Source: Nitrosospira multiformis ATCC 25196
GTDB lineage: Bacteria > Pseudomonadota > Gammaproteobacteria > Burkholderiales > Nitrosomonadaceae
Assembly (NCBI RefSeq): GCF_000196355.1
Contig: NC_007614.1
Span: 3,152,244 to 3,184,243, forward strand
Length of the DNA stretch: 32,000 nt
Reading direction: 5' to 3'
Shown here: positions 1 through 10,089 of the stretch, in pieces
How positions within the stretch are numbered: position 1 is the first letter of the stretch
Layout: every line of letters begins with the position of its first letter
Translations under genes and position numbers: made by a program
Notes under the pieces: model-generated
Seen by the model: only the letters and a program-made list of their open reading frames with translations
Database searches by the model: none
Told to the model about the DNA's origin: nothing

Positions 1-314
1 GCCACGTTGTCGAATACCGAGAGATCGGTAAACAATGCGCCGAACTGAAATAGCATGCTCATTTTTCGGCGCATGCGAAAAAGCTCGTCCCGCTTCAGTT
101 TATGCACTACCTGGCCTGCAACTTTCACATAGCCGGAAGTCGGGCGCACGGCCCCGCCGATGAGGCGCAACAAGGTTGTTTTCCCGCTGCCGCTGCCACC
201 CATGATGGCAATGACTTTCCCTCTTCCCATCGTCATATCGATTCCCTTGAGAATCGGACGCTGTCCATAAGAGAAATTCAGGCCTTGGATTTCGATCAGG
301 CTTTCAGACGCCAT
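1..314 (-). CDS. mlaF: ABC transporter ATP-binding protein, MlaF-like (partial, runs off window start)
   Basis: Manual reverse-complement translation from ATG at 314: MASESLIEIQGLNFSYGQRPILKGIDMTMGRGKVIAIMGGSGSGKTTLLRLIGG...RMRRKMSMLFQFGALFTDLSVFDNV. Walker A GGSGSGKTT and Q-loop region are present. The supplied ORF track omits it because it is open at the edge. Confidence 0.85.
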   Translation of the reverse strand, partial: MASESLIEIQGLNFSYGQRPILKGIDMTMGRGKVIAIMGGSGSGKTTLLRLIGGAVRPTSGYVKVAGQVVHKLKRDELFRMRRKMSMLFQFGALFTDLSVFDNV

Positions 315-420
315 CTTCCAAAAGAGGAATACCTAATTTAACGGGACATCGATTTTACCCCAAATCGGGTAGCCAGAGGGCGGGCAGGCACCTGAGACAG
401 GTAGTGAGGAATTGACGAAG

Positions 421-1302
421 TCAGGCAACTCGCCCTGTCGGGCAAGGTGAATGGACGCGGCGATAATGACCGAAAACAGATGATTGCTTGTCAGCGGGCG
501 CAGTAAAACCAATAGACGGGCTCGCGCTCATTCCGGACGATGCCGTATTTTCCGAAGCGGCGGATGACGGCAGAGAAACAGTGCATTGCAAAACTTTGCA
601 ATATTGCTCCAGAAAGGGTCTGGTACTTGGCATGCTAGCCGCCAGGTCACTGCGAAATGCATAGAGGATCTGCGCCACGAGCACGATGAGCATAAAAAGA
701 TTGGCAACCGCCCACGCAGCCGTGATCTCCGGCAGTTGCCCTCTCCTGGAAATGTAGTGCTCCGGCAAATAATTATCCAGCATGTCGTCTTCCAGGCCGG
801 CATACATCGCGTTACCCGTTTGCGGAATTTGTTCTCTCGCAACCCGCCTGTCCCGCGCTTTGTCTGCTTTTTTTGCGGCCCTGGCGTCAGGTTTCCCCCT
901 TGCAGGCGTTTCAGGAGCGCGAGCCTCTGCTGCCTCTGGCTTGACAGGTGCTGTCCCGGCCGGCTCTGATGTCAATGACTCCGGCGGATTTTGCGCTGAT
1001 GGCGATTCAGAGATGTGAGGTTCCGGCGTCCCTGGCTCCCGCACACCGCCGCCCTGTAGCGCTTCAGGGTGGGAAATCCCCGCATCAGGAGAAAGTTGCG
1101 AAGTATTTTCCGACGCTCTTGCCGCTTCCCCGGTCTTCCCCGGTTTTATGATTTCCGGGTCCTCCATGGTCAGCAGCGAAGCGAAGCCATTAAATATATG
1201 ATTGCACTGCCCGCAACGCACCTCGCCCCCATGCGCCTGCAAGTGCAGAGGCGTGATGCGAAAGACCGTTAAGCAGTTAGGACATCGAGTTACAAGTGGC
1301 AT
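421..1302 (-). CDS. Zinc-ribbon (MJ0042-type) / DUF3426-like protein, possibly C-terminally truncated
   Basis: N-terminus MPLVTRCPNCLTVFRITPLHLQAHGGEVRCGQCNHIFNG with two CxxC pairs, a low-complexity linker, one TM segment, then LEQYCKVLQCTVSLPS. Confidence 0.75.
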   Translation of the reverse strand: MPLVTRCPNCLTVFRITPLHLQAHGGEVRCGQCNHIFNGFASLLTMEDPEIIKPGKTGEAARASENTSQLSPDAGISHPEALQGGGVREPGTPEPHISESPSAQNPPESLTSEPAGTAPVKPEAAEARAPETPARGKPDARAAKKADKARDRRVAREQIPQTGNAMYAGLEDDMLDNYLPEHYISRRGQLPEITAAWAVANLFMLIVLVAQILYAFRSDLAASMPSTRPFLEQYCKVLQCTVSLPSSAASENTASSGMSASPSIGFTAPADKQSSVFGHYRRVHSPCPTGRVA

Positions 1303-1330
1303 TCCGGTTCTGGTTTTTGTTTAATCGAAT

Positions 1331-2245
1331 TCACTTCCTCGCGCCTGTCAACAGGACCCATCCCTCACGATTTAGCGCAATATGCATATCAAACGATTGC
1401 TGATAGGCCGCCATCACTTCTTCTGCCTGTTCCGCGAGTATACCGGATAGGGCAATGCGTCCTCCCGGCCGGGCAGCATGCGTCAGTATGGGAGCCAGCA
1501 TGATCAGCGGATTGGCGAGGATATTGGCAACAACGATGTTCGCCCAGCCCCCGCGTTCTGTATCCGTCCGCTCCGCCATCTGTGTATGAAACTCTATTTC
1601 GGTTTCCGAGCACTGGTTAAGCCTTGCATTCTGGCAGCTTGCCTCCACCGCTTGCGGATCTATGTCGATGCCGACAACATGATGAGCGCCCATCTTGAGC
1701 GCGGCAATGGCCAATATGCCTGAACCACAACCGTAATCAAGAACATCTTCGCCTCCTCCGAGATTTTCGTCAAGCCATTCCAGGCACAACTGCGTAGAAG
1801 GATGAGTTCCGGTTCCAAAGGCGAGTCCCGGATCGAGGATCAGGTTGATGGCATTCGGATCAGGTATTTCATGCCAGCTTGGCACGACCCACAAGCGGGA
1901 GGATATGCGGATCGGATTGAACTGCGACTGGGTTACCCGTACCCAATCCTGTTCTTCCACATATTCGATACGATAGCTCGGGGGAGCAGGCAACGCCGCC
2001 GCTTCGGCCGCAGCGCGCATTACTGCGGGAATATCGGTATCCCCCTTGAATAGCGCAGTCAGCTCCGGAGCAAGCCAGACTCCTGCGGCGGGCTCTCCTG
2101 GTTCGCCAAACAAGGGTTGCTCATGCTCGGTTCCCGCTGCGGAATCATGGATGTCGGTTGACAGCGCGCCCAAAGCCAGCATCGCATCGCTTAAGATCTC
2201 GACATGCATGCTGTCCGTTTTTATGATGACTGAAATCCAGGGCAT
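1331..2245 (-). CDS. prmA: Ribosomal protein L11 methyltransferase
   Basis: Contains LILDPGLAFGTGTHPSTQLCLEWL and DYGCGSGILAIAALKMGAHHVVGIDIDPQAV, typical of PrmA. The ORF track starts at 2296; the internal Met (MPWISVIIKTDS) is the likelier start. Confidence 0.92.
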   Translation of the reverse strand: MPWISVIIKTDSMHVEILSDAMLALGALSTDIHDSAAGTEHEQPLFGEPGEPAAGVWLAPELTALFKGDTDIPAVMRAAAEAAALPAPPSYRIEYVEEQDWVRVTQSQFNPIRISSRLWVVPSWHEIPDPNAINLILDPGLAFGTGTHPSTQLCLEWLDENLGGGEDVLDYGCGSGILAIAALKMGAHHVVGIDIDPQAVEASCQNARLNQCSETEIEFHTQMAERTDTERGGWANIVVANILANPLIMLAPILTHAARPGGRIALSGILAEQAEEVMAAYQQSFDMHIALNREGWVLLTGARK

Positions 2246-2373
2246 GAGGGTACGTCCCTTGCATTTGGCTGCGTAAGCAGACGGCGGGCAGAACATTCCA
2301 GGCCCGTTTCCCGAGAGGCTCCTACCTCACCCCCGTCCGTTACCCGAGTTCCAGTAACGAGGCCGATAGAGCC

Positions 2374-3732
2374 TCAGCCGGAATTGTTATTATAATTGGC
2401 AAGCTTTTGCTCCAGATAATGAATGCTCGTGCAGCCATTCAGAAAAGCGGCGTCGGACAACAGGTCAAGGTGGAGCGGCGTATTGGTTTTGATGCCGCCG
2501 ATCACCATTTCCGACAGCGCAATGCGCATTCGTGCTATCGCCTGCTCGCGGTTGTCTCCATACGCGATTATTTTGCCTATCATGGAATCGTAATAGGGCG
2601 GCACGAAGTAGTTATGATATATATGGGAATCCACACGAATGCCAGGGCCACCGGGAGCATGATACTGGGTGATACGCCCTGCCGACGGGGTGAACTTGTA
2701 CGGGTCTTCGGCCGCGATACGGCATTCGATGGCATGACCCTTCAACACGATGTCGCGCTGCCGCAGAGTGAGCTTTTCGCCGGCTGCCACGCGGATCTGC
2801 GCTTGCACCAGATCGATCCCGGTGATGGCCTCGGTAATGGTATGCTCGACCTGCAGGCGCGTATTCATCTCAATGAAATAGAACTCGTTTTTTTCGAACA
2901 GAAACTCGAATGTACCCACACCGCGATAGCCGATGCGCTTGCATGCGTCGACGCAACGGGTTCCCATTCTGTCGCGCAATCTGGGGGGAATGCCCAGGGC
3001 AGGTGCTTCCTCGATAATTTTCTGATGGCGGCGCTGCGTGGAGCAATCCCGTTCCCCCAGATAGATGGCGTTGCGATGCTCATCCGCCAATACCTGAAAC
3101 TCGATGTGGCGCGGGTTCTCCAGATATTTTTCGGCGTAGACCGTCGGGTTGCCGAAGGCGGCCTGAGCTTCGTTGCGCGTAATGATCACCGCGTTCGATA
3201 ACGCTGCTTCAGTGTGCACCACGCGCATGCCACGGCCGCCCCCACCTGCCGCGGCCTTGATAATGATAGGGTAGCCGATGGCACGAGCGATGGCTTTGAT
3301 TTCGTCCACCGATTCGGGGAGACCGCCGTCCGAGCCCGGGACACAAGGCACGCCCGCCTTTTTCATGGCGTTCTTGGCACTGACCTTGTCGCCCATCAGC
3401 CGAATCGTCTCGGGCCGCGGGCCGATAAAGACGAAGCCGCTTTTTTCCACACGTTCGGCAAAATCGGCATTTTCCGACAGAAACCCGTAACCCGGATGAA
3501 TGGCTTCCGCATCGGTGACCTCTGCGGCGCTGATGATGGCGGGAATATTGAGGTAGCTTTGTGCCGAAGGAGCAGGTCCGATGCATACGGACTCATCAGC
3601 GAGTTTTACATATTTTGCCTCGGCATCGGCCTGGGAGTGCACCGCTACAGTCTTGATACCCATCTCACGGCATGCACGCTGTATCCGCAAGGCAATCTCG
3701 CCACGGTTTGCTATCAGTATTTTTTCAAACAT
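2374..3732 (-). CDS. accC: Acetyl-CoA carboxylase biotin carboxylase subunit
   Basis: [36 protein letters not shown]... with the ATP-grasp motif [13 protein letters not shown] and [14 protein letters not shown]. Confidence 0.96.
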   Translation of the reverse strand: MFEKILIANRGEIALRIQRACREMGIKTVAVHSQADAEAKYVKLADESVCIGPAPSAQSYLNIPAIISAAEVTDAEAIHPGYGFLSENADFAERVEKSGFVFIGPRPETIRLMGDKVSAKNAMKKAGVPCVPGSDGGLPESVDEIKAIARAIGYPIIIKAAAGGGGRGMRVVHTEAALSNAVIITRNEAQAAFGNPTVYAEKYLENPRHIEFQVLADEHRNAIYLGERDCSTQRRHQKIIEEAPALGIPPRLRDRMGTRCVDACKRIGYRGVGTFEFLFEKNEFYFIEMNTRLQVEHTITEAITGIDLVQAQIRVAAGEKLTLRQRDIVLKGHAIECRIAAEDPYKFTPSAGRITQYHAPGGPGIRVDSHIYHNYFVPPYYDSMIGKIIAYGDNREQAIARMRIALSEMVIGGIKTNTPLHLDLLSDAAFLNGCTSIHYLEQKLANYNNNSG

Positions 3733-3831
3733 GTCTGCCGCTCGTATCTGGTTTCATGATGGAGGTGATTTCTCCTCTTCTATTGATGCGGGTGTCCCTC
3801 GGGGTAGCGTGTAGCGCGGCTAAAAGCCGAA

Positions 3832-4296
3832 TCATTCAATCACGAACAGCGGTTCGCCATACTCGACAGGCTGGCCGTTCTCCACCATCACTGCCTTGAT
3901 CACACCGCTCTTGTCCGACTCTATTTCATTGAGCAGCTTCATGGCTTCTATGATGCAGAGCGTGTCCCCCTCCTTGACTGTCTGACCCACCTCGACGAAC
4001 GGATTGCTGCCGGGGGCGGAACTACGATAGAACGTGCCCACCATGGGCGATTTGACCATATGACCTTGGGGCAGTATTTCGGCGGCGGCTGTTGCCGGGG
4101 TGGTGACTGGCGCAGCTTGCGGAATGATGGCGGGTACCGGGGCGGGTTGCGGAGAAGGCATTGCGATTGCGGGCATCTGCATCGACGGCGTGGATCTGCT
4201 GATGCGAACCTTTTCTTCACCCTCCGTTATCTCCAGCTCGGCAATGCCGGATTCCTCCACCAGGTCAATCAGTTTTTTAAGCTTTCTCAGGTCCAT
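3832..4296 (-). CDS. accB: Acetyl-CoA carboxylase biotin carboxyl carrier protein
   Basis: Ala/Pro-rich linker and C-terminal biotinyl domain with [18 protein letters not shown]. Adjacent to accC. Confidence 0.95.
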   Translation of the reverse strand: MDLRKLKKLIDLVEESGIAELEITEGEEKVRISRSTPSMQMPAIAMPSPQPAPVPAIIPQAAPVTTPATAAAEILPQGHMVKSPMVGTFYRSSAPGSNPFVEVGQTVKEGDTLCIIEAMKLLNEIESDKSGVIKAVMVENGQPVEYGEPLFVIE

Positions 4297-4515
4297 ATAG
4301 GGTCTCCCGATCGGTTCCTTTTGCGTTATGTTCTGTCAAAACCTCTAACCATCTGTCAGCGCCCGAAGACGCGGACTTTGTGTTTTTGCTTTTTGAAAAA
4401 TACCCCTGTTTCAAAACACAAGGGGTGAGATGAGCCACCACTGCATTGGCTTATCAAAAGGAATTCTCAGCTCCTCAATGGTACCCGATCACTTCGTTGC
4501 CATCCTTGACGCCCA

Positions 4516-4971
4516 TCACTTGCGGCCCAGCACATAATTGAAGGCGAGCTCGTATCCCTTTGCTCCCAGACCGCTTATGACCCCCACCGCCATATCGGAA
4601 AAAAAAGATTTCTGGCGGAAAGATTCGCGAGCAAAAATATTGGAAAGGTGAATTTCAATGAAAGGTATCCGGGTAGCCGCAAGTGCATCACGCAAGGCAA
4701 TACTGGTATGGGTATAAGCGGCAGGATTGATGATAATGAAGTCTGTTTTTTCAGCACCCGCCTGCTGGATTCGGTCTATCAGCTCTCCCTCGGTGTTACT
4801 TTGGAAGCAATCAAGACCAATGCCCTCTTTTTCGGCTAATTTCGCCAAATTTCTGTTAATTTCTTCTAATGTGACAGTTCCGTAAATCGAAGGCTCCCTG
4901 ATTCCCAGCAAATTCAGGTTCGGCCCATGGATAACCAGGATATTTTGGCAGCGGTTTGAGCCATCTTTCAT
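4516..4971 (-). CDS. aroQ: Type II 3-dehydroquinate dehydratase
   Basis: [72 protein letters not shown]. Confidence 0.93.
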   Translation of the reverse strand: MKDGSNRCQNILVIHGPNLNLLGIREPSIYGTVTLEEINRNLAKLAEKEGIGLDCFQSNTEGELIDRIQQAGAEKTDFIIINPAAYTHTSIALRDALAATRIPFIEIHLSNIFARESFRQKSFFSDMAVGVISGLGAKGYELAFNYVLGRK

Positions 4972-5335
4972 GGCGGCAAGTGTGACCCAATTGCAGGAAA
5001 TTGTCTAGTGATTCTCGGCCATTCGGCGAATATGTTGGAATTTACGTTTTTTTATTTCAACGAGGAATTCAAATGCTTCAGATGAGCTCTTTTTGGAGAA
5101 AGATGGAGCCCCATCCGGATTGATCGAAGCGGAATCTTGCTGGAGCAGAAGGTTGAGTTGAAGATTTATGGGGGGTTGGTTAAGTGAGCTCGCGCCTATG
5201 CACGGGACGGCGACTTCTCCGACTTCTCTGTTTTCTTTTATTTCTTTCATCCGCAGCGGTGTCCCAAGTGAGAACGTTTGCTCGTCGTTTTCCAAAAGAC
5301 TATAATTGGCATGGTTTATTCTGATCCCTTCCCAG

Positions 5336-5411
<76 letters not shown>

Positions 5412-5522
5412 GTTGCAAGTGATTAATAAGTAAAATCAATCTCTTATCCAAAAAATAGCTTTATTGTGGGGATACTTTTGTGGTACCCTCTAATGAAGCT
5501 ATTGCTCGGCCGCATCTTTAGC

Positions 5523-5838
5523 GTGTCAATCAAGTACATCTATCATCGTGGTAATACCTATTATTACCCACCCCAAGGACTTACTGCATCGCTACCACGG
5601 TGCAACCCATGTCAAGGTTAACCTAAAAACTAGCGACCCAGGATTGATTGCTAAAAGGGTTGGTGAACTCAATAGAAAGTACGAATCAACATGGGCAGCA
5701 CTTTTCCTCCTCTGTACCCAAGTGGAGGAATTCCTTACAAGTCACACTGTATACTTTCTTGTTCAGCTCTTCCTATCCCACTCGCACTCGACTATACGAC
5801 ACACGGCAAATCTCCACTCTGCCGCTATAAGAATCTAG
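5523..5838 (+). pseudogene. Degraded N-terminal part of a tyrosine recombinase/integrase
   Basis: Frame 1 gives VSIKYIYHRGNTYYYP; frame 2 (ORF 5548..5838) continues HPKDLLHRYHGATHVKVNLKTSDPGLIAKRVGELNRKYESTWAAL. This resembles the N-terminal segment of phage-type integrases (YlyrRGntYyfR..iPkDLrhr...vslkTsdp..A). Lies about 110 bp downstream of tRNA-Thr. Confidence 0.6.
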
Positions 5839-6279
5839 TATTGTCCGATTAAGGTATAACGGATTTCTCCAAGCGGAAGAGCTTGATGAAGAGTCAGAGG
5901 AAGACAGCCTCAACCCCTGACTTCTAGCTTTCGATAACTTTTTACGGCCTGCTGGTATGCAGTGATACAAGCACTTTTGTGCATAGCGGGATGTAATTAC
6001 ACCCATGCCCTTTCTATGTAAATAAACTCTTCTTCGCTCACTCTTAGAGGCTATATCAATGCCGTATTGGCGGAAGTATGTGGAAAAGGTTGGGGCGCTC
6101 TTTATTGTGTCTCCGTTATGGCCATCAATTTAGAAAATTGTAACTGTAACCGTGCCAATAATATTTTTATCAGTACATGGATGCAAAGTTTCAGGAGCAT
6201 TTATTTCTTGCTCGCCAAGAAAGCCCTGGGGGGTGGCTATTTAGAGCGCGGAGCTTGCAAGCTGCGGCCGCTCGTCTTG

Positions 6280-6317
6280 ATTGGTTAGACGCCCCGGTAT
6301 TGGTTAGACGCCCCGGT
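6280..6317 (+). repeat. Perfect 19-bp tandem duplication
   Basis: ATTGGTTAGACGCCCCGGT x2 (6280-6298 and 6299-6317), directly adjoining. Confidence 0.9.
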
Positions 6318-6360
6318 TCGTGACGAAGAGCCAACCCTATCTTTTCTGGCTGAATACCAG

Positions 6361-6765
6361 ATGCTACTTGGTATGGCCTTTGAGTGCCTTCTCAAGGGCT
6401 TTATTTCACTTGTGAGACTTGAAAACGGCGAATCTCCTCCATTGCCCAAGGACTGTTATACCCATAGACTCGAAGCACTTGCGCGACGGCCGGAATGTGT
6501 CAGTCTGGCAATTACTATGGAAGAGATGGAAGCCTTGAGCCGTTTATCACCATATATCGAATGGTCAGGCAGGTATCCTGTACCCAAGCGTGCAAAAGAG
6601 CTGCATTTTGTAGGGGTAAGCAACTTTGATCGAGATGCAGAGCTTCGGCTTTGGCATCGGCTTGTCTCTCTGCTTGGAGATAGAGCTTGGGTCATGAAGG
6701 GCGGGCCAGTGAGTAAGGGCGGTTATAAGCTGTATTTGGATGGCCGTAAGGAAAAGCTGGACTGA
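6361..6765 (+). CDS. Hypothetical protein, possibly HEPN-like; likely missing its N-terminus
   Basis: MLLGMAFECLLKGFISL...HRLEALARR...LSPYIEWSGRYPVPKRAKEL. The reading frame is open upstream to about 6288 (YWLDAPVRDEEPTLSFLAEYQ-MLLGM), suggesting the true coding region began further upstream. Confidence 0.5.
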   Translation: MLLGMAFECLLKGFISLVRLENGESPPLPKDCYTHRLEALARRPECVSLAITMEEMEALSRLSPYIEWSGRYPVPKRAKELHFVGVSNFDRDAELRLWHRLVSLLGDRAWVMKGGPVSKGGYKLYLDGRKEKLD

Positions 6766-7210
6766 TATCACTTAGCGTGACTGTGAGCTTTTGAAATTCT
6801 TCCACCTCCATGTTCTGGTTCAAGGACAAAACGCTTCCGTACAGGCCGCAAAGCACGAGAACGAGCACGAGCACGAGCATCACGTCCTTGATATCGGGGT
6901 GACCCTTCAAATAGCTGGTTATGCCGATTTTAGCCTGTTTTGAATAGGTGAACAGTTGGTCGTCAAGTCTCCAACGCTTATCCAACCTGTGTGGCCTCTG
7001 CCCCTCTTACTAGGATGTCCTTGCGAGTTACGATTTATTTTCTGAACCCCGATCCGTGGGGGTTCAATTCTTGATGGGAATGATCAACTCCTGCTGCGGT
7101 AGAAATGTGTCCTAAAGGTAGTTTGTGGTACTCTTGTAGTACTTTCTTTAATCCTCCGCCTCAAGACCCGTGTTGGCGCCGCTTTTCAGGGTAAGTTAGA
7201 GTGCCTTGCG

Positions 7211-7229
7211 CCTCTCAACAGCACTAGTT
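7211..7229 (+). repeat. att-like direct repeat, right copy
   Basis: CCTCTCAACAGCACTAGTT, followed by AT-rich sequence (ATAAATAATTAAGTAA) resembling that downstream of the tRNA. Confidence 0.6.
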
Positions 7230-7448
7230 ATAAATAATTAAGTAATACAAGGATGCCGCATAGCAGAAGCTGAGGGCTGAAATTCTGATATTGAAGTATT
7301 TACACCTGAATTCTTCTATCCCCCGTTTCCGTTCGCCTCCATCCTTCGCCCCCTTAAGACTAAATCCAGCAAGAGAAATATCCCCTGGTAGGGCTTTCCC
7401 TATGGGCAGCACAAAGAATTATCCAGGCAGCACAGCCGGGTCAACTTT

Positions 7449-7714
7449 TTGCTTTCCCTCAGTACACCAATAAGACCGAATGCAAGGCGGCTCATTGCTT
7501 CCAACACGCTCGATAAGTGGATTGATTCTCGCTTAGGTGTCAATAAGACAACTCATAAGTTTTGCCACACAATGCGGGCTGCTTGTGTAATGTGGAGGCA
7601 GCACTTAAGGATATTCAGGATGCAGTAGGGGAGTGGAATAAGGAAGACATTAGGGACAAGTACGGGCTAGGGCACGGGTTGAAGCAGTTGAAGATGTGGC
7701 TAGATAAGATGTAG
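7449..7714 (+). pseudogene. Degraded C-terminal catalytic part of a tyrosine recombinase/integrase
   Basis: Broken frames read LFAFPQYTNKTECKA / ASNTLDKWIDSRLGVNKTTHKFCHTMR / EAALKDIQDAVGEWNKEDIRDKYGLGHGLKQLKMWLDKM*, matching the C-terminal layout LFPrY...lnkWi...lgi...HsfRHTmr...iqdavgGws...dkYGeGy.l..L..wldki. At least two frameshifts. Confidence 0.7.
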
Positions 7715-7764
7715 CTTTGCCGAGGCTTAAACAAAGAAGGGAATCAGTGTAACAAGAACAAAGT

Positions 7765-8556
7765 ATGGATAAAGAAGAAAGAAACTTGGAAGAAGCCAGG
7801 AGCCTAATAAAAGCGGGGCCAATCGCCTTGATAACTGGAATTTCCGCTCTCTGTCAGTTCTTAACGGATAGTCCCTCGACTGTATTCAGCATTGGGATGG
7901 GAACATCGATAATATCCAGTACTCTTGGCTACGGAATGGATTTATTATCGTCTAGTGAGAAACGGCGGTTAGATAGGCTAGGTAATTCTATACTCCTTGA
8001 AATCAAAGACCGCCTCGAACAAGGGCATAAACCCAGAGAAGATGGCTTTTTTGATATGAAGCCAGCAATACGTAGCTCGGCTGATGAGTTATGTGATGCC
8101 ATCCTTGAGATGTCCCGCTCAGAACACCAAGAGAAGAAAATCAGTTATATAGGTAATCTATATGTCTCTGTAGCATTTACTGACGAAATCTCGCCCGATG
8201 AGGCTAACCGCTTGCTACGCCTTCTCAAATCCGCTACTTATCGGGAGATTTGTATTCTCGCAATGCTCTCCCAGGAAAGGGAACAGGAAGGGTTGCGTAC
8301 AAACTGCCTGGATAAAGAGAAGGGTTCAGATGAACTAAGCTCACTAATGCAGGAATGTTTCGAGCTTGAAGGGTGGGGACTTTTATCTCAAGTAAATTAC
8401 GATCAAGGTCCTCTTTATGGGGTTCCTTCTTGGGTTCATGTCATCCCAGCGAACCTGAGAATTACCCCCTATGGAAAACGACTCGCAGAGTTATCCCATC
8501 TTTCTAAAATTCATGAAAATGATGTTCAGGCAATTCGGGAAATAATGCGAGCATGA
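7765..8556 (+). CDS. Hypothetical protein with N-terminal hydrophobic segments
   Basis: 263-aa intact ORF, MDKEERNLEEARSLIKAGPIALITGISALCQFL...; no family recognised. Confidence 0.6.
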   Translation: MDKEERNLEEARSLIKAGPIALITGISALCQFLTDSPSTVFSIGMGTSIISSTLGYGMDLLSSSEKRRLDRLGNSILLEIKDRLEQGHKPREDGFFDMKPAIRSSADELCDAILEMSRSEHQEKKISYIGNLYVSVAFTDEISPDEANRLLRLLKSATYREICILAMLSQEREQEGLRTNCLDKEKGSDELSSLMQECFELEGWGLLSQVNYDQGPLYGVPSWVHVIPANLRITPYGKRLAELSHLSKIHENDVQAIREIMRA

Positions 8557-9645
8557 GAGCGTGAGCATAGCGTCTCATTCCAGCAGCTCCTAAATATTTC
8601 ATCAAAAATTTGTCTTAGGGTACTCCTTACCGCAATGGCAGGCATTCCCCCTTGGTACCCCGATGAGTTCTGAATTTGATCCTGGCTATTGCCCGCGGTG
8701 AGACATGGGTTCGCCTTCAATCAAATCTGGGTGACACCTAGGGGGAGTTATCTAGCTTGCCAAGCGGTATGGCGGGTGGTTTTTGATCGATGAAAAACTT
8801 CAAGATCCCCTGAGACTCAATCAGACGCCCTGCACTTAATTATCAGCTCTTTCCCATACCCTTGCCTAGGAAGACTCAATATCGTTTATCCTAGAGCTTC
8901 CTGGAGAGTCACTTCTGAGAAAGAGGCTCTCCTAGCCAAGGATGACCGGGTGGACATACTCCGTATCGCTGTCCAATATTGGGTAGACCAGATGGACAGG
9001 GACGTTAGGAAGCCCGAGGAGTAGCACAAGCAAGCCCTCCTTGAACAAGAACTAGCCAAGTTCCACCAGCATGTGTTCGAGGGTAATTCTTATAAGATAG
9101 AAGATAGGTGCCGGACTAGCTCGACGATTTGAGAGAGCTATTCGGTACTGATGCTTCTAAGAATATGGCTGGTAATTCTCGCGTAGGCTCTCTTGGTCGC
9201 TCCACATCGTTAACGATATAACTTCTGTCACGTCATTGCTCATTTTATTGCTCACGAAACGCTTTAACGCATAAGCCCGGGATATCGATACTTTCTGCAA
9301 TTGTGATATAGCGACGCCCAGCTCATGCGGATAAATGGAACTCCACATGCGTTAATCACCTGCTGAATCTCATTCCAGCAGTGAATCAATGCCCCGCTTC
9401 GCCAGGAGTAGTGTTCTTTTTGCTTTCTTTTACTGCCGTTTCAGCAATCTGTCGAAAGGCCGTACCAAGGTCCAATAGTAAAACGCTCTGATGCGATTAT
9501 CATGGAGCACTGGAAACTCTTGCTGGCGTGAGGAATTAGGCTGTATCAGGCCAAGAGGGAAGAGTTTTACCTGGACCTGCTCCTATCACTAGCAGGCTCT
9601 GGTCCAGGAGACTTTGCTTGATAAACCAATAATAGGCAGCTGAAG

Positions 9646-9924
9646 ATGAATGACCTGATAACTTACGATCAAGCCTACGATCTCGCGAATATTCTGATCA
9701 AGAAGGCGACCAAAGACGAGCTGGCGGAGTGCGCGCGACTGCTTGCATTAAATCTGGCTCACCATCAGGTGAAACACGGAGAGATAGCAGTAATAGACAC
9801 CTTAACCCTGCTGCGCTCATTTGAGTGTACCGAGGAACACCTGAATGTGTTGATGGAAGGCATGCTGAATCTGATAGGCGTCCTGGTAAACGTCTGCGGT
9901 GGGGTAGGGCAGGCAAAACATTGA
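9646..9924 (+). CDS. Small hypothetical protein (92 aa)
   Basis: MNDLITYDQAYDLANILIKKATKDELAECARLLALNLAHHQVKHGEIAVIDTL...; helical and coherent, no recognised family. Confidence 0.4.
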   Translation: MNDLITYDQAYDLANILIKKATKDELAECARLLALNLAHHQVKHGEIAVIDTLTLLRSFECTEEHLNVLMEGMLNLIGVLVNVCGGVGQAKH

Positions 9925-10089
9925 GATTTGGTCTCAGTAAGCGCTTACTTCACATGAAGAGCGGCTGCTGAACCCTGCTATGGCTGAGTATTTCCTGAAT
10001 ACTCAGGTATCATGTGAGCCACATCTATCCCCAGGTAATTATGGGGGCTGAACGAGAGCGAATCAGGCCCACAAGGGTATCACACCATA

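Noticed and set aside
102-341. 79-aa plus-strand ORF
   Set aside because: Antisense to the manually translated mlaF-like ATPase with an intact Walker A motif.
2407-3201. 264-aa plus-strand ORF
   Set aside because: Antisense to accC, which has full-length homology.
5005-5295. 96-aa minus-strand hypothetical ORF upstream of aroQ
   Set aside because: No recognisable domain; weak coding character. Left out of features but not excluded.
7224-7412. Small ORF starting at the right att-like repeat
   Set aside because: Low-complexity, no RBS or homology evident; probably spurious in decayed island DNA.
9570-9608. Inverted repeat CCTGGACC/GGTCCAGG as a terminator
   Set aside because: Long loop and no T-tract, so I do not call a terminator; mentioned only as a structural oddity.
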